Assembly (NCBI RefSeq): GCF_006345805.1
Contig: NW_021836141.1
Coordinates: 62,001 to 126,000 of the forward strand
Source of the DNA: Octopus sinensis
Taxonomy: Eukaryota
Direction of reading: 5' to 3'
Length of the DNA stretch: 64,000 nt
Shown here: in pieces, positions 52,888 through 64,000 of the stretch
How the letters are laid out: the number at the start of each line of letters is the position of its first letter
Position numbering within the stretch: position 1 is the first letter of the stretch
Translations under genes and position numbers: made by a program
The notes under the pieces: generated by a model
Database searches by the model: none
The model's input: only the letters and a program-made list of their open reading frames with translations
What the model was told of the DNA's origin: nothing

Positions 52888-53812
52888 CATTCTTAGATAT
52901 ACTAATTAAGAAAATAACCTTAAAATAGAAACAGACATTTTTTACAAAGCCACAGACGCCAAACAATACCTACTTTTTGATTCATGCCGCCCAAGACACA
53001 CTAAAACAAATATCCCTTTCAACCTTGCAAGAAGGATATGCACAATAGTGTCAGAACAAAATACCAGGAACTTTAGACTACAAGAACTCAAAAACACCCT
53101 AATTGACAGACACTACCCAGTTCAACTCATAGAAAGATGGAATCAGACATGCAACAGAAATCGACATAGAAACTTTGAGAAAAGTTCAACATAACAACAC
53201 ACCTTCCCCGAAAATACTGCCTTACATATCTACATACAACCCCAGAAACAAAGACGCCTTCACCATCATCACCCAGAATTTACCAATACTTCATAAGGAC
53301 CCCAAATTAAAGGAAATTCTAAACATACATAAAATCATTAAAGCTACAAACGCCTAAATCACTTAAAAAGATTCTCACAAAAGCAAAATTGTTTTCTGAA
53401 ATTATGGATGCAAAAGTTAAAAAATGTGGTAGACCAAACTGCGCAACATGCCCAAACCTTCTAGAAGGATCAGAATTCCTTTCAAAGAGGGACAAAAATT
53501 CAAGATCAGATCTAATTTTACTTGTGCTTCTGAAACATAATTTATGACATAAGGTGCCGGGCTGCCACCAAAACTACGTGGGGTCCACGGGATTATCACT
53601 CAGACGTAGATGCACTCTGCATCGACAACAGATTGCATTCCCAGAATACAGAATGATACCCTTTAGTGAGCATATTGAGAAATGCGCAAAGCAACTACTA
53701 CCACAATTTTTAATCTTTCCATTCTATCAATGTGCTATTGGAACACCAACACAAATTAGATTAAACAAGAAACATTCATTGAAAACATATAAGCCTAAAC
53801 TTAACCATTCTA
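52888..53812 (+). mobile_element. Penelope-like element fragment (RT thumb and GIY-YIG endonuclease), frameshifted
   Basis: FLDILI...TDIFYKATDAKQYLLFDSCRPRHTKTNIPFNLARRICTIVS; KKCGRPNCATC; CPGCHQNYVGSTGLSLRRRCTLHRQQI. Confidence 0.92.
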
Positions 53813-54143
53813 ACATTCTATACAGAGAAACTCACCCCTTAAATAAGGGAAAAGAAATATAAAGCGATTATCTCCCTTATACCGGAAGAAATCCTTATAC
53901 CTAGATCCTTCCTCCCCTACCTGGAACTCTTCTTTGCACTGCATAACGAAGACATAACACGATGTAGGTAAAGACATTTGAAAATTTGAAAAGTTAACAC
54001 GAATCGGTAATTTCCTCTCAAAAACCATGTTACTGCATGAAAATTTTATAACATTCTTCTAACATAACGACTTAAATATATTCTTTAACCTTATAAAACA
54101 AGCCTTCTGTAGTTTTTTCACACTTTTCTATTTTCTCTCCTCC

Positions 54144-54181
<38 letters not shown>

Positions 54182-54239
54182 TTTATATATATATATATAA
54201 TATATATATATATATATAATATATATTATATATATATAC

Positions 54240-55226
54240 GTTTAAATATTTGTTGTGCAAGATTTTTTATGTGAAGTCGTGTGTTGAAACAGATATTGTT
54301 ATATTTCGGAATGGTCATATTGCCAGTTTATAGCCAATAAAAACACACGCACTATATATTTGGTGTTATTTTGCTTCATTGATATTTATTTTTACATTAA
54401 TCTTAATCTTATTTCGGCCAAAGTTCTTTCGTCACATTCCTGTTGACCGCATCAGTGGTCCTTTGTTTTCTTCTCACTTACTTGTGTCTCTCCTTACTAA
54501 CTCGTCAGCCATTTTGTATTTCTATTGTTGTCTTCTTTGCGCATGCTTATATCTCTATGTGCGTCTATGTTTATTTAGTGTGTGTTGGGGGATGCCTGTA
54601 ATATTTGTATCTTCTGGTTATATACATTTCTTGTATTTGTATTTTGTTTTTTTGCTTGTTGTTGCTTTTGTTCTAATTTTGTTCATGTGTTTACATCCAC
54701 CCATTATTATCATTACATATGCTTGTATGTATGTATAACAACAATATTAGTAATAATAATAATAAACTAATCGAAAAAAAAAAAAATATATATATTTATA
54801 GTATATATATACATATTACACACATAATACACACATACATACATATATATATATATTACACATATACATATATATAGTTATTCATTTCTATTTCTTTAAT
54901 TATCTGTGTATTTATTATGTTTGCAGGATCCACTATCGTCATATGTTGTGTGTGTGCTATTGCTCTCCATTCTAGTTTTCTATTCAGGCTAGGTTTATTT
55001 TCTATTATATGTGTAGCTTCTGTAATTTGTCTAATTGTTGCATCTGTTCTATGTGTGGACAATATCTTAATCTCTATGTTATTGATTGATCCCCCGTGTT
55101 CTTGTTCACGAAATAAGATTAAGATTAATGTAAAAAATAAATATCACTGAAGCAAAATAACACCAAATATATAGTGCGTGTGTTTTTATTGGCTAAACTG
55201 GCAATATGACCATTCCAAAATATAAC

Positions 55227-55231
<5 letters not shown>
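54240..55231 (-). mobile_element. 5'-truncated Penelope-like insertion with an inverted terminal duplication
   Basis: Endonuclease C-terminus IKILSTHRTDATIRQITEATHIIENKPSLNRKLEW; 123-bp inverted repeat 54293-54416 / 55109-55231; hammerhead-like motif at 54418-54458. Confidence 0.75.
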
Positions 55232-55259
<28 letters not shown>

Positions 55260-55276
55260 ACATATATACATACATG

Positions 55277-55912
55277 GTTGGCATCCTTTTTGTCTCGGGA
55301 GACAATGGAGTTGCGCTTAAAATAGTCTAGTCCGGCTTTTACATTTCCTGTCCTGATACATTTCCTGCTGTGGCTGTGTAGTCCTATCCTGGACAAACAC
55401 TCCCTCTGGCAGGTACCGCAAATGTAACGAAGACTGTTCCTGACTGGTTGTAATGCCATAGTTTCTTGTTGACGTCTCTTCTTGTCTTTCCATTTCTCCT
55501 CTCTCTCTCTCTCTCTCTGTCACTCCTTTGTATTCCCTCTTTTACGGTACGTCGCCAATCTCCACGGTTGCCGGCAACTGCCTCCCAACCGCTGATATTG
55601 ATGTTGCAGGCCTTCATGTTCCTTTTGCAAACATCCTTGTATAGTAAGAACGGTCTACCCACAGACCTAGTACCCCTAGCAAGCTCCCCGTAGAGTATGT
55701 CCTTGGGGATTCTGCCATCTTTCATACGGCTAACATGCCCAAGTCATCTCATACGTCTTTCTGTGAGGAGTGCAAACATGCTTGGTATTCCTGCTTGCCT
55801 GAGGACATCTTTGTTGGGGATATGATTCTGCCATTTGATGCGGAGGATTTTCCGGAGGCAGCGCAGGTGAAAGATGTTTAGGCGACGCTCTTGGCGTGTG
55901 TATAGCATCCAA
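55277..55912 (-). mobile_element. RTE-BovB/AviRTE-type LINE 3' fragment
   Basis: FHLRCLRKILRIKWQ, LGHVSRMKDGRIPKDILYGEL, a C-terminal CxxC..SRIGLHSH zinc finger, and the GTCTCCCGAGAC..GATGCCAA end. Confidence 0.92.
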
Positions 55913-56164
55913 GTATACATATATACATACATATATATATCTATTATCTATCTATCTCTCTCTCTATATATATATATAATAATAAATATTAGGGATTAAA
56001 TCCAAATTTACAGGGAAAAATCAGATTTAGGATTGAATCCAATTTTATAGTAAAATATTATATAATATTAATTAGAGACAAAACCACTATTATGCAAATC
56101 AAACAAAGAAAGACTTAATCCAATACATAAAAAATTTTATATAAATTAAATAAAATTAAGTTAT

Positions 56165-56210
56165 CCACTACAATTGTTTCTTGTCACTTCTAAGGACATT
56201 CATCAGGTGG
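56165..56210 (-). ncRNA. Minimal type-I hammerhead ribozyme candidate
   Basis: CCAC-CUGAUGA-aUGUC-cuuagaagu-GACAa-GAAAC-AAUU-GUA-GUGG, with palindromic ACAAUUGU. Confidence 0.75.
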
Positions 56211-56256
56211 TTTTCAGACCTTCTATTCAATTTTAAATTAATAGAAGGTCTGAAAA

Positions 56257-56302
56257 CCACCTGATGAATCTACTTAGAAGTGACAAGAAACAATTGTAGT
56301 GG
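56257..56302 (+). ncRNA. Minimal type-I hammerhead ribozyme candidate (stem II mutated)
   Basis: CCAC-CUGAUGA-aucuacuuagaagugacaa-GAAAC-AAUU-GUA-GUGG. Confidence 0.6.
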
Positions 56303-56415
56303 ATAACTTAATTTTATTTAATTTATATAAAAATTTTTATGTATTGGATTAAGTCTTTCTTTGTTTGATTTGCATAATAGTGGTTTTGTCTCTAATTAAT
56401 ATTATATATATATAT

Positions 56416-56489
56416 ATTCTGTAAATAATAATAATAGTATTTTATAAGATTTAAGCTTATAAAATACTATTATTAGTATTTACAGAATT
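56416..56489. repeat. AT-rich hairpin of ~73 bp
   Basis: ATTCTGTAAATA.TAATAATAGTATTTTATAAG pairs with CTTATAAAATACTATTATTAGTATTTACAGAAT. Confidence 0.85.
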
Positions 56490-56612
56490 GTAAAAGTCGA
56501 CACTGCTTAACAAAACCATCTCAGTGAAAGCATACACACACACAAACTGCGCTTCAAATTATTAACATTTTTTATTTTAATTAACAACCACTTGTTGGAA
56601 TTCAACGAAATT

Positions 56613-57430
56613 GGATCTTTTCCTTTTGAACGGCATATGTCAACACAATTTCTAGTTAACTAAACACTTTTAAACTTCGTATACTGGTAGAATGTGTTTA
56701 TAAAACATCATTTTTTCTTGGCTTTATTGAGAAAATTCTATACTTTGTAAGATATTTCCACTTTAAAATCGAGCATTTCGGCAATTTTAACCAATCGCTG
56801 AAGTCCATTTGGGGTTCAAACATTCCGTGCTGTATGAATATGTCCCTCCTTTAAGAAACAGATTGGGTTTTTTTACATTTGCGAAGAAAAAAAGATACCC
56901 TTTCCCCACCCTAACCCTAAAACAGATTGAAATGCAATAGTTCGATACTAGGGTCATAATTATGGGTGACAATTTCATACGACACCGCTACGGAAAATGG
57001 GATTTTTTTCTAGCGGTGTCTAATGAAAATGTCACCCATAATTATAACCCTAGTATCGATCTATTGCATTTCAATCTGTTTTAGGGTTAGGGTTAGTTAG
57101 AGTTAGGGGTGGGGTTAGGGTTAGGGTTAGGGGTGGAGGAAGGGTATCTTTTTTTCTTCGCAAATGTAAATAAACCCAATCTGTTTCTTAAAGGAGGGAC
57201 ATATTCATACAGCACGGGATGTTTGAACCCCAAATGGACTCCAGCGATTGGTTAAAATTGCCGAAATGCTCGATTTTAAAGTGGAAATATCTTACAAAGT
57301 ATAGAATGTTCTCAATAAAGCCAAGAAAAAAATGATGTTTTATAAACACATTCTACCAGTATACGAAGTTTAAAAGTGTTTAGTTAACTAGAAATTGTGT
57401 TGACATATGCCGTTCAAAAGGAAAAGATCC
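56613..57430. mobile_element. 818-bp foldback MITE with 8-bp TSD and internal TTAGGG repeats
   Basis: GGATC...GATCC ends, TSD ACGAAATT at 56605-12 and 57431-38, and arms complementary up to the centre at ~57000. Confidence 0.95.
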
Positions 57431-57586
57431 ACGAAATTTCCACAGAATGATTGCAATAATTGTATGCGCGTGGTGTGTAAAAACGTGAGCTTTTGCGCAA
57501 GTGTAAACAAACCGCGGCCATTTGCATGATTTCCAAGAACTTTCAGTGTTCCAAATTATTAACGAGTGGTCGATAATCGTGTAATT

Positions 57587-58142
57587 GTGGGTCGTAAATG
57601 TGACCTAACTGCCTCAGAGAAATCCGTTATTACTTCTGAACTTGCAAAAGGTAAATCAACATTAGAAATATCTAAAATAATTTGAAGATATCGCCAAACT
57701 ATGAAGACATTTGTTACAGCTCCTACGAAGATACGCAAGAGATCCGACAAGGGTCAGTCGAGGGCTGTTTCTCAACGTTCTCTGTCACGAATTTAGCGTG
57801 AAGCTATAAAGAAGCCAGGTCTTATAAGTGGAGAACTTTTCAAGCGCATTGGCGAAACAGCTGTGTCCAGAACTACTCGATGTCGTCTCCTGAAAAAAGG
57901 TCGATAAAAGGCCTCCCTTTATACAAACTACACATATAAAATCGTCTGAAATGGGCAGAAGATAACATGAAGGTCAACTTTCCAAAAGTTTTATTTATGA
58001 ACGAAACTCATGCGACTCTTGATGGACCTGATAGTTGGAGCATGGACGATATCATTATCAACGCTTGAGACGCCAACGAGGAGCGGGTCGCAACATGATT
58101 TGGGCAGGTATTATTGAAGGCATTATGGCTGATCCTTGGAGA
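57587..58142 (+). pseudogene. Tc1-family transposase remnant (DD37E/TRT-like)
   Basis: GRKCDLTASEK..TLEISK, VSRTTRCRLL, RLKWAEDNMKVNFPKVLFMNETHATLDGPD and RLRRQRG..MIWAGI, with stops and frameshifts. Confidence 0.85.
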
Positions 58143-58378
58143 GAAAAGAGAGAGAAGAAGGAGGGAAAGTAATAAAATAATAAAAAAATGATAAAATATT
58201 TTTATTATTTTATTACTCTTCTTCTCTCTCTTTTTTCTCTTCTCTTTATTCTCTTATCTTTTTTCTCTTTCTTTATTCCTCTCTTCCTGTTTTCGATTTG
58301 GCCCAACTAATACACTCCCTTAGGTCACTTTAAATAAAAAAACCTTTGACTCTACCACACTGTTTATAAATACTGTAC

Positions 58379-58520
58379 TTGGAATGACCAAGTTTAAATA
58401 CTGCTGGATCTCACTCATAAGGTATTGGTATCTTACATTGTGTATAAACTCTATATTTGGAAGGACCCATTTTAAATTCTGTTGGATTTTACTCATAAGG
58501 TATTGGAATCTTACATATAT
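58379..58520. repeat. Imperfect ~78-bp tandem duplication
   Basis: TTTAAAT.CTG.TGGAT...ACTCATAAGGTATTGG.ATCTTACAT occurs twice. Confidence 0.8.
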
Positions 58521-58649
58521 ACCATTCTGCCTAAAAGACGGATCTACAACTTCAATATCCCTACATATCTTACATCTATTTTCTTTCCTCCACCTCACTC
58601 CCTCTTTTGTATCCTATCTAAACTACTATTACTTAACCATTCTCACACC

Positions 58650-58701
58650 GTCTCCGATTAACGGATATAATTAATAAATATCCTGGAAACAGCTGTAAGA
58701 C
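58650..58701 (+). ncRNA. Degenerate type-I hammerhead ribozyme candidate
   Basis: GUCU-CCGAUUAAC-GGAUAU..AUAUCC-UG-GAAAC-AGCU-GUA-AGAC: the stems and the palindromic ACAGCUGU are intact, but CUGANGA has decayed. Confidence 0.55.
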
Positions 58702-58910
58702 CTCCTATCTATAAATGTTCTAATATCTACACAGCCTTGGTTTTTTTTATCTCATTACCAAAAAATTCTTATATACACACGCTGACATATGACCAACGTT
58801 GAACCCCTTATTCGCAAAATTACCGAACCTGGAACTTCACTATGATCTGTCTATAGCACTTATTCCGCATTACCTAACACCTTTGGGTCTCAATGATACC
58901 ATTACCTCCC

Positions 58911-58951
<41 letters not shown>

Positions 58952-58966
58952 GGTGTGTGTGTGTAT

Positions 58967-59303
58967 GGTGAAGGCGCATGGCTCAGTGGTTAGAGCGTCG
59001 AGCTTACGATCGTGAGGTTGTGAGTTCGAATCCCGGACCGGGCTGCGTGTTGTATTCTTGAGCAAGGCACTTTATTTCACGTTGCTCCAGTTCACTCAGC
59101 TGTAGAAATGAGTTGCGACGTCACTGGTGCCAAGCTGTATCGACCTATGTCTTTCCCTTGGATAACACTAGTGGCGTGGAGAGGGGAGGCTGGTATGCAT
59201 GGGCGACTGCTGGTCTTCCATAAACAACCTTGCCCGGACTTGTGTCTAGGAGAGTAACTTTCTAGGTGCAATGCCATGGTCATTCATGACCGAAGGGGGT
59301 CTT
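58967..59303 (+). mobile_element. tRNA-headed SINE family C (CORE-like)
   Basis: A box TGGCTCAGTGG, B box GTTCGAATCC, and CTTGAGCAAGGCACTT...CACTCAGCTGTAGAAATG. Confidence 0.85.
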
Positions 59304-59658
59304 TTTTTTGTTGTGTGTGTATATACAGAGAGAAATGAATTTTAAAATTTCAAAATATCACTACACGCGTTTCAATAGTATAGTTTATTCCCAAATACAA
59401 AGTCCTGTACATAACATATTAGATAACATTACATAACCTCGCAGTGTCCAGAATCAGCAAACTTCTATGTAACTCTGTATGGACCGCTGTGTTCTGATCC
59501 GTTGAATCCTTGTAATCCTTCATTTCGAAGTAATCTGTTTAGCTACATTCACGGAGATGCTACTAAGTGACTTTTGCCAATATCTATTTTATCTCCTCTG
59601 CATAACTATAACTGTTTGTCTATACAGATATGTACACACACACACACACACATACATA

Positions 59659-59825
59659 CAGAGCCGGCTCAAGATACTGGCAACTCGAGCAGTCGCTCGG
59701 GGCGCCATGTGCTAGGGGGCACCAAAGAGGGCGTGACAAAGACAAGAAAATTTCCACGACCGTCAGCCTTGTACACGCTGAAGTTCAGCTTGCTCGGGGC
59801 GCCAGCAACCCTAGGGCCGACCCTG
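59659..59825. mobile_element. hAT-like MITE (167 bp)
   Basis: TIRs CAGAGCCGGCTC / GGGCCGACCCTG, subterminal GCTCGGGGCGCCA twice, and degenerate 8-bp flanks CATACATA / TATATATA. Confidence 0.7.
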
Positions 59826-60018
59826 TATATATAAAAGACTTTCTCACTTTCCCGAGCATCAAAATAATACACCTGTCTTCTTCTTTTGCTTTTTTGTAAA
59901 CTTCAACTATATGTGTGCAAGTACGTAATATATGTGTATATATGTATGTGCGTAAGAGTGCGTACGTATATATTAGTCTACGTGTACATATATATATATA
60001 CACATACATACATATATA

Positions 60019-60075
<57 letters not shown>

Positions 60076-61175
60076 CACTTACATATATATGTATGTATGT
60101 GTATGTATAATTACAAATAGGTATACACGTATAAATATGTGTATGTGTACTTCTGTAAATGAAATAAACACGTGTATCTTTAGTATATTACAGAAGCTTT
60201 ATCTCATTTAAGATGTATTTATTAAGTCCTTTATGCGAAAGCTGTTTGCTGCGATCTCAGAACACAAGTATATAATCCATATCCAAGATGGAATCACATT
60301 TCTCCCCGAGGATAAACCTTAAAATGACAAGATATCTTCTTTAATGGAAATTTAATATTCGTTTATGCTAATAACCTCCCATGGCTTTTGGGTTAGAAGT
60401 AAAAAACAGGCCCATCAAAAAATGTGTACTTTCACAGATTTAGTTGCATTTAATCTGATCAGACTTCTATTGCTATAACTAATATGTGACAGCAAATACC
60501 ATAGTTTTGAATAGAACACTATTCACATCTTATCAGATTTATCTAGTTACGTGAATATAATTTTCTACCAAGTTTAAATTTCAAACTTTCTCTGATGAGG
60601 TGTGTGATTGCAACGGATATACAGCTGGAATGTTATTGAATGAATACAAAATAGGTTAGCAGCTGTCATAAATATTTGTTTGTTTTTACATGTGTGCATC
60701 CAACTTTGGTATAAAAAAAAAATATATATATAGTTACATGGACAATCATCTTAAATCGTTCAACAGAAGTAAAACAAAAAACATTAAGATATTGAAATTT
60801 TAGTTTCGATATAAATCACGTTTATTAACGAAGGAAGGTGTTTGTGTTATCAACGGATAATTCTTGCAAATACTTTCTAAGAAAGATGGAATTTCGCCGT
60901 TGTGCTAAATGCCAAAAGTGCACTAGGCTGCAATTATTGATGCCTAATATACTGGTGTGTGTATGTGTGTGTATGTGTGTGTGCAATGTTTCATTACGTG
61001 TTTCAAGCATATAGCACTTGATAAGAACAGCAGAGTTGAATATTTCGACATAGAAACAGATTGATACTTATACACAGGTTACTTGAAATTTCATGTCTTT
61101 GTAATAATACAACCAGCAAAGCTATATGCCTTTACCCATCATAAAAAAGTTTCAGGCATTTTAGTTTTTAAACAG

Positions 61176-61862
61176 GGCGTCGAGCTGTCAGAATCGTAAG
61201 CGCGCCGGGCGAAATGCTTAGACGAAAGTCTGCCGTTACGTTCTGAGTTCAAATTCCGCCGAGGTCGACTTTGCCTTTCATCCCTTCGGGACGCACTGGG
61301 GTCGATATAATCGACTTAATCCGTTTGTCTGTACTTGTTTGTCTCCTCTGTGTTTACCCCCTTGTGGGTAGTAAAGAAATAGGTATTTCGTCTGGCAAAA
61401 TGCTTAGCGGTGAGCTGGCAGAATCGTTAGCACGCCGGGCGAATCCGTAGCCGCATTTCGTCTGCCGTTACGTTCTGAGTTCAAATTCCGCCGACTTTGC
61501 CTTTCATTCTTTATGCACTGGGGTCGATATAATCGACTTAATCCCTTTGTCTGTCCTTATTTGTCCGCCGACTTTGCCTTTCATCCTTTCGGGGTCGATT
61601 AGATAAGTAACAGTTACGCACTGGAGTCAATATAATCGACTTAATCCGTTTGTCTGTCCTTGTTTGTCTCCTCTGTGTGTAGCAGTAAAGAAATAGATAT
61701 TTCGCCCGTCGCTACGTTCTGAGTTCAAATTCCGCCGAGGTCGACTTTGCCCTTCATCTTTTTGGAGTGAATAAATTAAGTACCAGCTACGCACTGGGGA
61801 TCGATGTAATCGATTACCCGCCTCCTCCAAATTTCAGGCCTTATGCCTACAGTAGAAAGAAT
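61176..61862 (+). mobile_element. SINE family B scrambled multimer
   Basis: Four partial, internally deleted bodies and two heads in tandem; the last unit has the alternative tail. Confidence 0.85.
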
Positions 61863-63141
61863 TTTAGTTTTTACAAGTATTTTTTAAAGCATTCATTTCT
61901 GTTTTATCATTGTGGAAAGCAACACAAATATATGCAATCGCTTAGCACATAGACAAGCATCTATAGATACACCCACATTTCCACATATATATATTTTATG
62001 TTCGTGCTGCAAATACGTGTAAGTTAATATATGTGCAAAGAACGGAAATTGCCCCATATAATGTATTGGTGTAAGATTATTTGCGAGTGCAATTCGTCAG
62101 GCAGTTGAGGTATGCTCAGATATATTACGCGTGTTTCTTGAAATGTCTGCGTTTTCCGACCTACCTTTTAGATAGTGAATGGTTTCTTGTCGGTTCTGAA
62201 GAATGACACCTTATATAGTTCGTAAAAGATTTCTAATTCTACTATTCCTGCAACGTCTTTAATTTTCAATAATTATTTTGGTGTAATAATTGAGAGTGTT
62301 TCTATTTTATCACTGTATGTAGTCGAATAATTTAGCCACATTTCTTTTCGAAATGCTTAAAACGAAGTAAGATTGTTGTATCTGTATTTGATCTCACCTT
62401 CTGTCGTATCTATATATCTTTCATTTACCACCTTAAGGTTTGGTTGGTTTGATATTTTTCTATTCTGCATGTAAACGCAGTTTTGTACATTAAGCCTTTT
62501 TGCATTACATTAAATATACGGTAGTACCACGGTTTCGGAACAAGTCTGTCCACGAATAAATCGTGCTTTATCTTTCGTCTTTCTCATATTCATTTAATAC
62601 AGTAGTACTTCGGTTTACGAACGCCTCTGAGTGTGTGTGTGTGTGGCACGATTTATTCGTGGTCAGAGTTATTCGAAAACCGAGGTACTACAGTAGTTGG
62701 CCGGCATTTATCGATGCTTCTTCAATGGCAGTCTTTTGTAGAATTATAACATATATTCTTCATGTCGGTGATCTGCTAAATAGCTTTTCTATATCTATAT
62801 ATAATGGGAAAGTATTTATCGATTAAGTTCAAGAAGGTTTTAGTTGTATTAAATTTCATATTTCATAAGGACTGCGTACCGTCGAAAATTTCTTATTTGT
62901 GATTGTCGCATAAAATATGAAACTTTGTTCCTATTACTTCATACATATTTACACACGCGCGCACACACATATATCTGTATGTATATGTGTGAATGCATGT
63001 ATATACATGCGTATGCATATATACATGCATATATAGATATATATGTGCATTTATATGTATATATATGTATAATTATGCATATACATATATATATATATAC
63101 ATACTTGCATATATACGTACAGACCTACATACACACACATG

Positions 63142-63175
<34 letters not shown>

Positions 63176-63243
63176 ATATATATATATGTATATGTATATA
63201 TATATATATGTATATATATATGTATATGTATATATATGTATAG

Positions 63244-64000
63244 TCTGTTGTCCCAGTTTTCAAAAAGGGAAACAAGTCCCTTGCAGTGAATTACCGTCCG
63301 ATCTCACTCACCTCTCATATCATCAAGGTATTTGAGAGGGTGGTGAGATCTCGAATAACCCAGTTTCTGGAAAGCAACAGACGGCTGATCTCCAACCAAC
63401 ATGGGTTCCGTAATGGAAGGGACTGCCTAACGCAGCTCCTGCATCACTTTGAGGACATTTTGAGAGCTTTGGGAGAGGGCTCCAACACCGATGTCATCTA
63501 CCTTGATTTCAGTAAGGCCTTCGACAGGGTCGATCACAAGATCCTATTGAAAAAACTATCCAACATTGGTGTCTCTGGAAAGTTACTGAAATGGATTAAG
63601 TGTTTCCTGACAGACAGATCTCAACATGTTGTAGTTGAAGGGGTAAAATCAAGCCCAGCCAAAGTCAGTAGTGGCGTTCCGCAAGGCACTGTGCTGGGCC
63701 CACTTCTTTCCATCATTTACATTAATGACATTAATGACATCATCAAGCACAGCAACATAAAAATCTTTGCAGATGACTCCAAGCTACAGAAGGTCATAAA
63801 TGAGGCGAGTGACCGGGCATGCCTTCAGTCAGATCTACTGGCTGTTATCCAATGGGCAGAAAAAAACAATATGCTGCTGAACGAGGATAAATTTGAGCTA
63901 ATCCACTTTGGAAAAGAGGATGCCCTGAAACTCCCATACTCCCTTCCTTCAGGTGAAACTCTCGCGGCGTCCAACAACATCAGAGACTTGGGAGTAATTG
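63244..64000 (+). mobile_element. CR1-group LINE RT, 5'-truncated, frame open to the window end
   Basis: [58 protein letters not shown] and RDLGV are read with no stop. The ORF track does not list it. Confidence 0.95.

Larger units (their letters stand above)
56059..56408. repeat. 350-bp palindrome with a hammerhead motif in each arm
   Basis: Arms of ~170 bp are near-perfect reverse complements; the loop is at ~56228-56240. Confidence 0.95.

Noticed and set aside
57080-57135. Chromosome end or telomere fusion site
   Set aside because: The tract is short, internal to a TSD-flanked foldback, and in the opposite orientation to an end-to-end fusion.
58967-59043. tRNA gene
   Set aside because: A and B boxes are present but the acceptor stem does not pair, and the sequence continues into a SINE body. 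The same applies at 49001 and 50875.
59359-59448. Minus-strand hammerhead (GAAACGCGUGUA)
   Set aside because: The CUGANGA box and stem II cannot be formed convincingly.
60590-60632. Hammerhead at CTGATGAGG
   Set aside because: No GAAA at the required position and no stem I closure.

Overview
AT-rich, microsatellite-saturated eukaryotic DNA with no recognisable host gene; it is probably intronic or intergenic. The repeat families resemble, from my recall rather than a search, those of a coleoid cephalopod, probably Octopus. Almost all long ORFs in the track are microsatellite artefacts. Real content: several tRNA-headed SINE families, RTE and CR1-type LINE fragments, RLE-clade (R4/Dong-like) fragments lodged in (TAA)n and (TACA)n tracts, Penelope-like (GIY-YIG) remnants, a full-length frameshifted mariner, a Tc1/DD37E-like remnant, Helitron-type non-autonomous elements and MITEs. 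The most notable signal is a set of five different minimal type-I hammerhead ribozyme motifs plus a sixth, weaker one, most with a palindromic stem III. They lie mostly in tandem or inverted repeat units beside (TA)n tracts, and include a 271-bp retrozyme-like tandem dimer and a 350-bp palindrome with a hammerhead in each arm. There is also an 818-bp foldback transposon with an 8-bp TSD and outward-facing TTAGGG repeats. Coordinates were read by eye, so repeat ends are approximate.
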